Source: Candidatus Jordarchaeales archaeon (GTDB lineage Archaea; Asgardarchaeota; Jordiarchaeia; Jordiarchaeales; Freyrarchaeaceae). Taken from it: 19,839 bases of DNA. A program made the translations under genes and the position numbers. Location of the stretch: the NCBI GenBank assembly GCA_038858525.1, contig JAWCFL010000009.1, forward strand, positions 1 to 19,839, written 5' to 3'. Positions 17,243 through 19,839 of this stretch are shown here, piece after piece; the first letter of the stretch is position 1; each line of letters starts with the position of its first letter. Under the pieces are notes generated by a model. That model was not told the DNA's origin. It worked only from the letters and a program-made list of their open reading frames with translations, and made no database searches.

Positions 17243-18472
17243 ATGAAGGTTGAGGATATTAAGAATATCGCCGTTCTAGGCGCAGGCCTTATGGGTCACG
17301 GAATAGCTCAAGTCTGCGCGATGGCAGGATACAAGGTCTGGATGCGCGATATAAAGCAGGAGTTTCTCGACTCAGGCATGCAGAAGATCCAGTGGAGCCT
17401 CAGCAAGCTCGTCGAGAAGCAGAAGATCTCCGAGGCAGCCGCCAAGGAGACGATAGGGAGAATAACGGCTACACTCGACCTCAAGGAGGCCGCTAAGAAC
17501 GCCGACATAGTGATAGAGGCGATCCCTGAAGTCATGAGCCTTAAGCAAGAAACCTTCAAGGAGCTAGACAAGATCTGCCCGCCTCACACTATACTGGCAT
17601 CCAATACCAGCTCGCTCTCCATAACCGAGATGGCGAAGGCGACGAAGAGGCCTGACAAAGTTGTGGGAATGCACTTCTTCAACCCGCCCCAGATAATGAG
17701 GCTCGTCGAGGTAATTTATGGTGAAAAGACGAGCGACGATACCGCCAAAGTGACCTACGACCTGGCGAAGAAGCTAGGTAAGGAGCCAGTCTATTGCAGG
17801 AAGGACGTCCCGGGATTTATAGCTAACCGGGTCATGACTCCGCCAGGCATATTCTTCTGCTGGCTTATAAGTGAGGGAGTTATAAAGCCGGAGGAAATAG
17901 ACTCGGTCCTCCATCTGAGAGCTGGGCAACCTATGGGCGCCCTAGGCCTCATGGACTACACCGGCATAGACACAAACTACCACGTTATGAAGTTCTTCGA
18001 GGAGCGTGAGCCAAGCAAGTTCAAGGTACCGCCGGTGATCGAGAAGCTTTTCAAGGAAGGAAAGCTCGGCGTCAAGACAGGGGAGGGATTCTACAAGTAC
18101 CCTGAGAAGAAGTGGCAGGTTCCATCCGCATGGAACGAGAACACGGCTAAGGCTGCCGAGCAGAAGTTCCAGCCGTTCTGGGGCATATACCTCTCCGTAA
18201 ACATAGCCGCCGAACTCATCGCTAACAATGTTGCGACACCGGAAGACGTGGACAAAGCAGTAAAATTAGGGTTCAACATGCCCTTCGGCGTGCTCGAGCT
18301 TGCCGACAGCTTCGGAATAGACGTCGTAGTCCAACAGCTAGAGGAGCTAGCAAAGAAGTATGGAAACATAGACAACCTCAAAGCCCTGCTCACACCGCAC
18401 CCACTACTCAAGGAAATGGTCAAGAAAGGCGAGCTGGGAAAGAAGGCGGGAAAAGGCTTCTACAAGTATTAA
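17243..18472 (+). CDS. 3-hydroxyacyl-CoA dehydrogenase with duplicated C-terminal domain
   Basis: VLGAGLMGHGIA, IEAIPE, LASNTSSL, GMHFFNPP, PGFIANRV and two dimerisation-type repeats (GQPMGALGLMD, NMPFGVLELAD, each followed by LG.K.G.GFY). No crotonase domain. SD ggagga upstream. Confidence 0.93.
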   Translation: MKVEDIKNIAVLGAGLMGHGIAQVCAMAGYKVWMRDIKQEFLDSGMQKIQWSLSKLVEKQKISEAAAKETIGRITATLDLKEAAKNADIVIEAIPEVMSLKQETFKELDKICPPHTILASNTSSLSITEMAKATKRPDKVVGMHFFNPPQIMRLVEVIYGEKTSDDTAKVTYDLAKKLGKEPVYCRKDVPGFIANRVMTPPGIFFCWLISEGVIKPEEIDSVLHLRAGQPMGALGLMDYTGIDTNYHVMKFFEEREPSKFKVPPVIEKLFKEGKLGVKTGEGFYKYPEKKWQVPSAWNENTAKAAEQKFQPFWGIYLSVNIAAELIANNVATPEDVDKAVKLGFNMPFGVLELADSFGIDVVVQQLEELAKKYGNIDNLKALLTPHPLLKEMVKKGELGKKAGKGFYKY

Positions 18473-18480
18473 ATCCACCC

Positions 18481-18494
18481 TTTTTCCTTTTATT
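18481..18494 (+). terminator. T-rich archaeal terminator-like tract
   Basis: tttttccttttatt, 9 nt after the dehydrogenase stop and between convergent genes. Confidence 0.45.
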
Positions 18495-18534
18495 CAGAAC
18501 TTCCGCCACAAGTAACCTGCGGCTTCTTCGTTTA

Positions 18535-19142
18535 CTAAAAATTACTGCTATTCTTATGCTTCCATTTTCTGTTTTCACGGTTTTTAATGTCGAAACCTAT
18601 GACTATGGTTCCGATGTCTGCTTTTTCGCTCTCGTCAAGTAGCTTTTTCAAGTATGCGTCACCGTTTCGTGTGCAAAAGGCTAAAGTCGCGTTTTTCACG
18701 CCAGCCTTCGCCTCGAGCGCCTCCATGCCGAACCCCTTATAAATGAAGAGGGTGGTCTTCTCCTTGTCTTTTACTTTTCTGATCCTGTTCGGGAAAAGTA
18801 CCAGGTTGTCTCCGAAAACGTAAATCTCCTCATTGTACTGTTGTCTAATCCTCCCGGCGTCGTCTGTTATGAAGCCGATAATAATGTCCCCGCTCTTTAA
18901 AACAGCGTATGGCCCCTCCGGCCATTTAAAGTCCTTACCTGTAGAGCACGCGACGACGAACTCCCGGGCTAAGGCTTCTCGTAACCCCTCATTGAACCCC
19001 TGCCCTCCTATTATGCGTCTCTCGCCTTCCAGCTCAGCCTGGAGGAGGGCGACGCGTTCAGCGTCACTTAAAAATCTTATCTTCCTTACACCATGAGTCC
19101 CACAGAGAAACTCGACTACTTTTTTAGTACTTCGTCAATCAA
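18535..19142 (-). CDS. Hypothetical protein of ~202 aa, split into two frames at an A6G run (candidate -1 frameshift, or pseudogene/sequencing indel)
   Basis: SD-like ggagagagg then TTG at 19142 gives MIDEVLKK-stop (TAG 19118-19116). The -1 frame is open for 194 codons from 19119 to the stop at 18535 (VVEFLCGTHGVRKIRFLSDAERVALL...NEGLREALAREFVVAC...) with no ATG/GTG/TTG until 18726, so the track shows only the last 63 aa. Confidence 0.7.
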
Positions 19143-19221
19143 CCTCTCTCCACCTGCCTACAAGCGTTTTCCCTGATTTACGTGTTGCTCGCTTCACAAT
19201 TAATCTTACTATCGCTCTAAG

Positions 19222-19839
19222 CTAAGTTGGGAAGCGCACCGGGGGCTTCTTGGGGTATTTACCTAGCTTTTTGAGGAGCTCGCTGGTCTCCGGGTACTTT
19301 GAAAGGTCGGCGTAGGGCAAAAAGTACGAGTTGAGAAACTCGGCTTGAAAGCCAGCCTCCGCGGCGAGCTCCACGTACTTTATTTTGCCTACGACGCTCT
19401 CAGCGGTCTCTCTGACTTCTCTGGAACAGAGAGCCATGCGGGCGCCTGTGCCAGCTGCATTCCCCACTGCACGTATTTTCTCTAGAGGTAATTCAGGGTA
19501 CATGCCTATTATTCTGGCGTTTTCCGGGTTTATGTAGGAGCCGAACGCGCCCGCAACGAAGAAGACGTCAACATCCTCCTCAGCTACACCTTTCTTCCTC
19601 ATAAGTATGCTGATTCCCGTGTGTATCGCCGCCTTAGCCAGCAGGATCTCCTTAATGTCGTTTTGGGTCACAACTATGTCCTCGCCTGTCGAGGTTTCCT
19701 CCCTCCACGCCACCACGAACTCAAGCCCCCTTTCCCCGCCACGCAACCTTTCCGAGCTAATCTCCTTATTGAAGACGCCGGTGACATCAATTAATCCCGC
19801 CTTCAGCGCTTCCGCCAGAAAGTCCACCATGGCTGAACC
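19222..19839 (-). CDS. ASKHA-domain corrinoid reductive activator (RACo/RamA-like, DUF4445), 3' part; 5' end outside the window
   Basis: GSAMVD, VVTQNDIKEILLAKAAIHTGI, FVAGAFGSYIN, AVGNAAGTGA and KYVELA...FQAEF. The frame stays open to the window edge. Confidence 0.9.
   Translation of the reverse strand, partial: GSAMVDFLAEALKAGLIDVTGVFNKEISSERLRGGERGLEFVVAWREETSTGEDIVVTQNDIKEILLAKAAIHTGISILMRKKGVAEEDVDVFFVAGAFGSYINPENARIIGMYPELPLEKIRAVGNAAGTGARMALCSREVRETAESVVGKIKYVELAAEAGFQAEFLNSYFLPYADLSKYPETSELLKKLGKYPKKPPVRFPT

Noticed and set aside
16-18423. Many antisense or alternate-frame ORFs in the track (e.g. 167-619, 2612-2875, 3152-3478, 7584-7949, 11414-11836, 13215-13721, 14649-15086, 16534-16932, 18091-18423)
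   Set aside because: They lie inside well-supported genes on the other strand or frame, have Ser/Leu/Pro-rich shadow composition and show no recognisable motifs.
1-19839. CRISPR array, tRNA/rRNA genes, inteins
   Set aside because: No repeat-spacer periodicity (all repeats have only two full copies), no cloverleaf or rRNA-like segment seen, and protein lengths leave no room for inteins.

Overview
Archaeal genomic window, probably from an anaerobic thermophile. The evidence is GGAGG Shine-Dalgarno sites, GTG/TTG starts and archaeal-type gene families; the lineage cannot be determined from this window. It starts with the 3' part of an IS200/IS605-family element: a frameshifted tnpB with a structured omega-RNA-like right end, inserted into an alanine dehydrogenase (ornithine cyclodeaminase family) gene. 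About 1.1 kb of apparently decayed DNA follows. Next is a tightly coupled minus-strand operon: canonical thiolase, a thiolase-like protein lacking the catalytic Cys, a DUF35 OB-fold protein and a methylmalonyl-CoA mutase large subunit. Then come a stand-alone LigD-type 3'-phosphoesterase, larE, a VapBC-like toxin-antitoxin pair, a saccharopine-dehydrogenase-like oxidoreductase and an acyl-CoA dehydrogenase. A two-gene restriction-modification-like cassette pairs a DUF1156-type Zn-ribbon amino-methyltransferase with a TdeIII-like endonuclease. The window ends with an LLM oxidoreductase, a 3-hydroxyacyl-CoA dehydrogenase, a hidden ~202-aa gene and the 3' part of an ASKHA/RACo corrinoid activator. 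Three signals are not shown by the ORF track. The endonuclease is switched off by an exact 7-bp tandem duplication. The hidden gene is split at an in-phase A-AAA-AAG heptamer followed by a stop and a hairpin (candidate -1 programmed frameshift). The TnpB has a His in place of the RuvC-III Asp. Family assignments rest on recognised motifs, not database searches.
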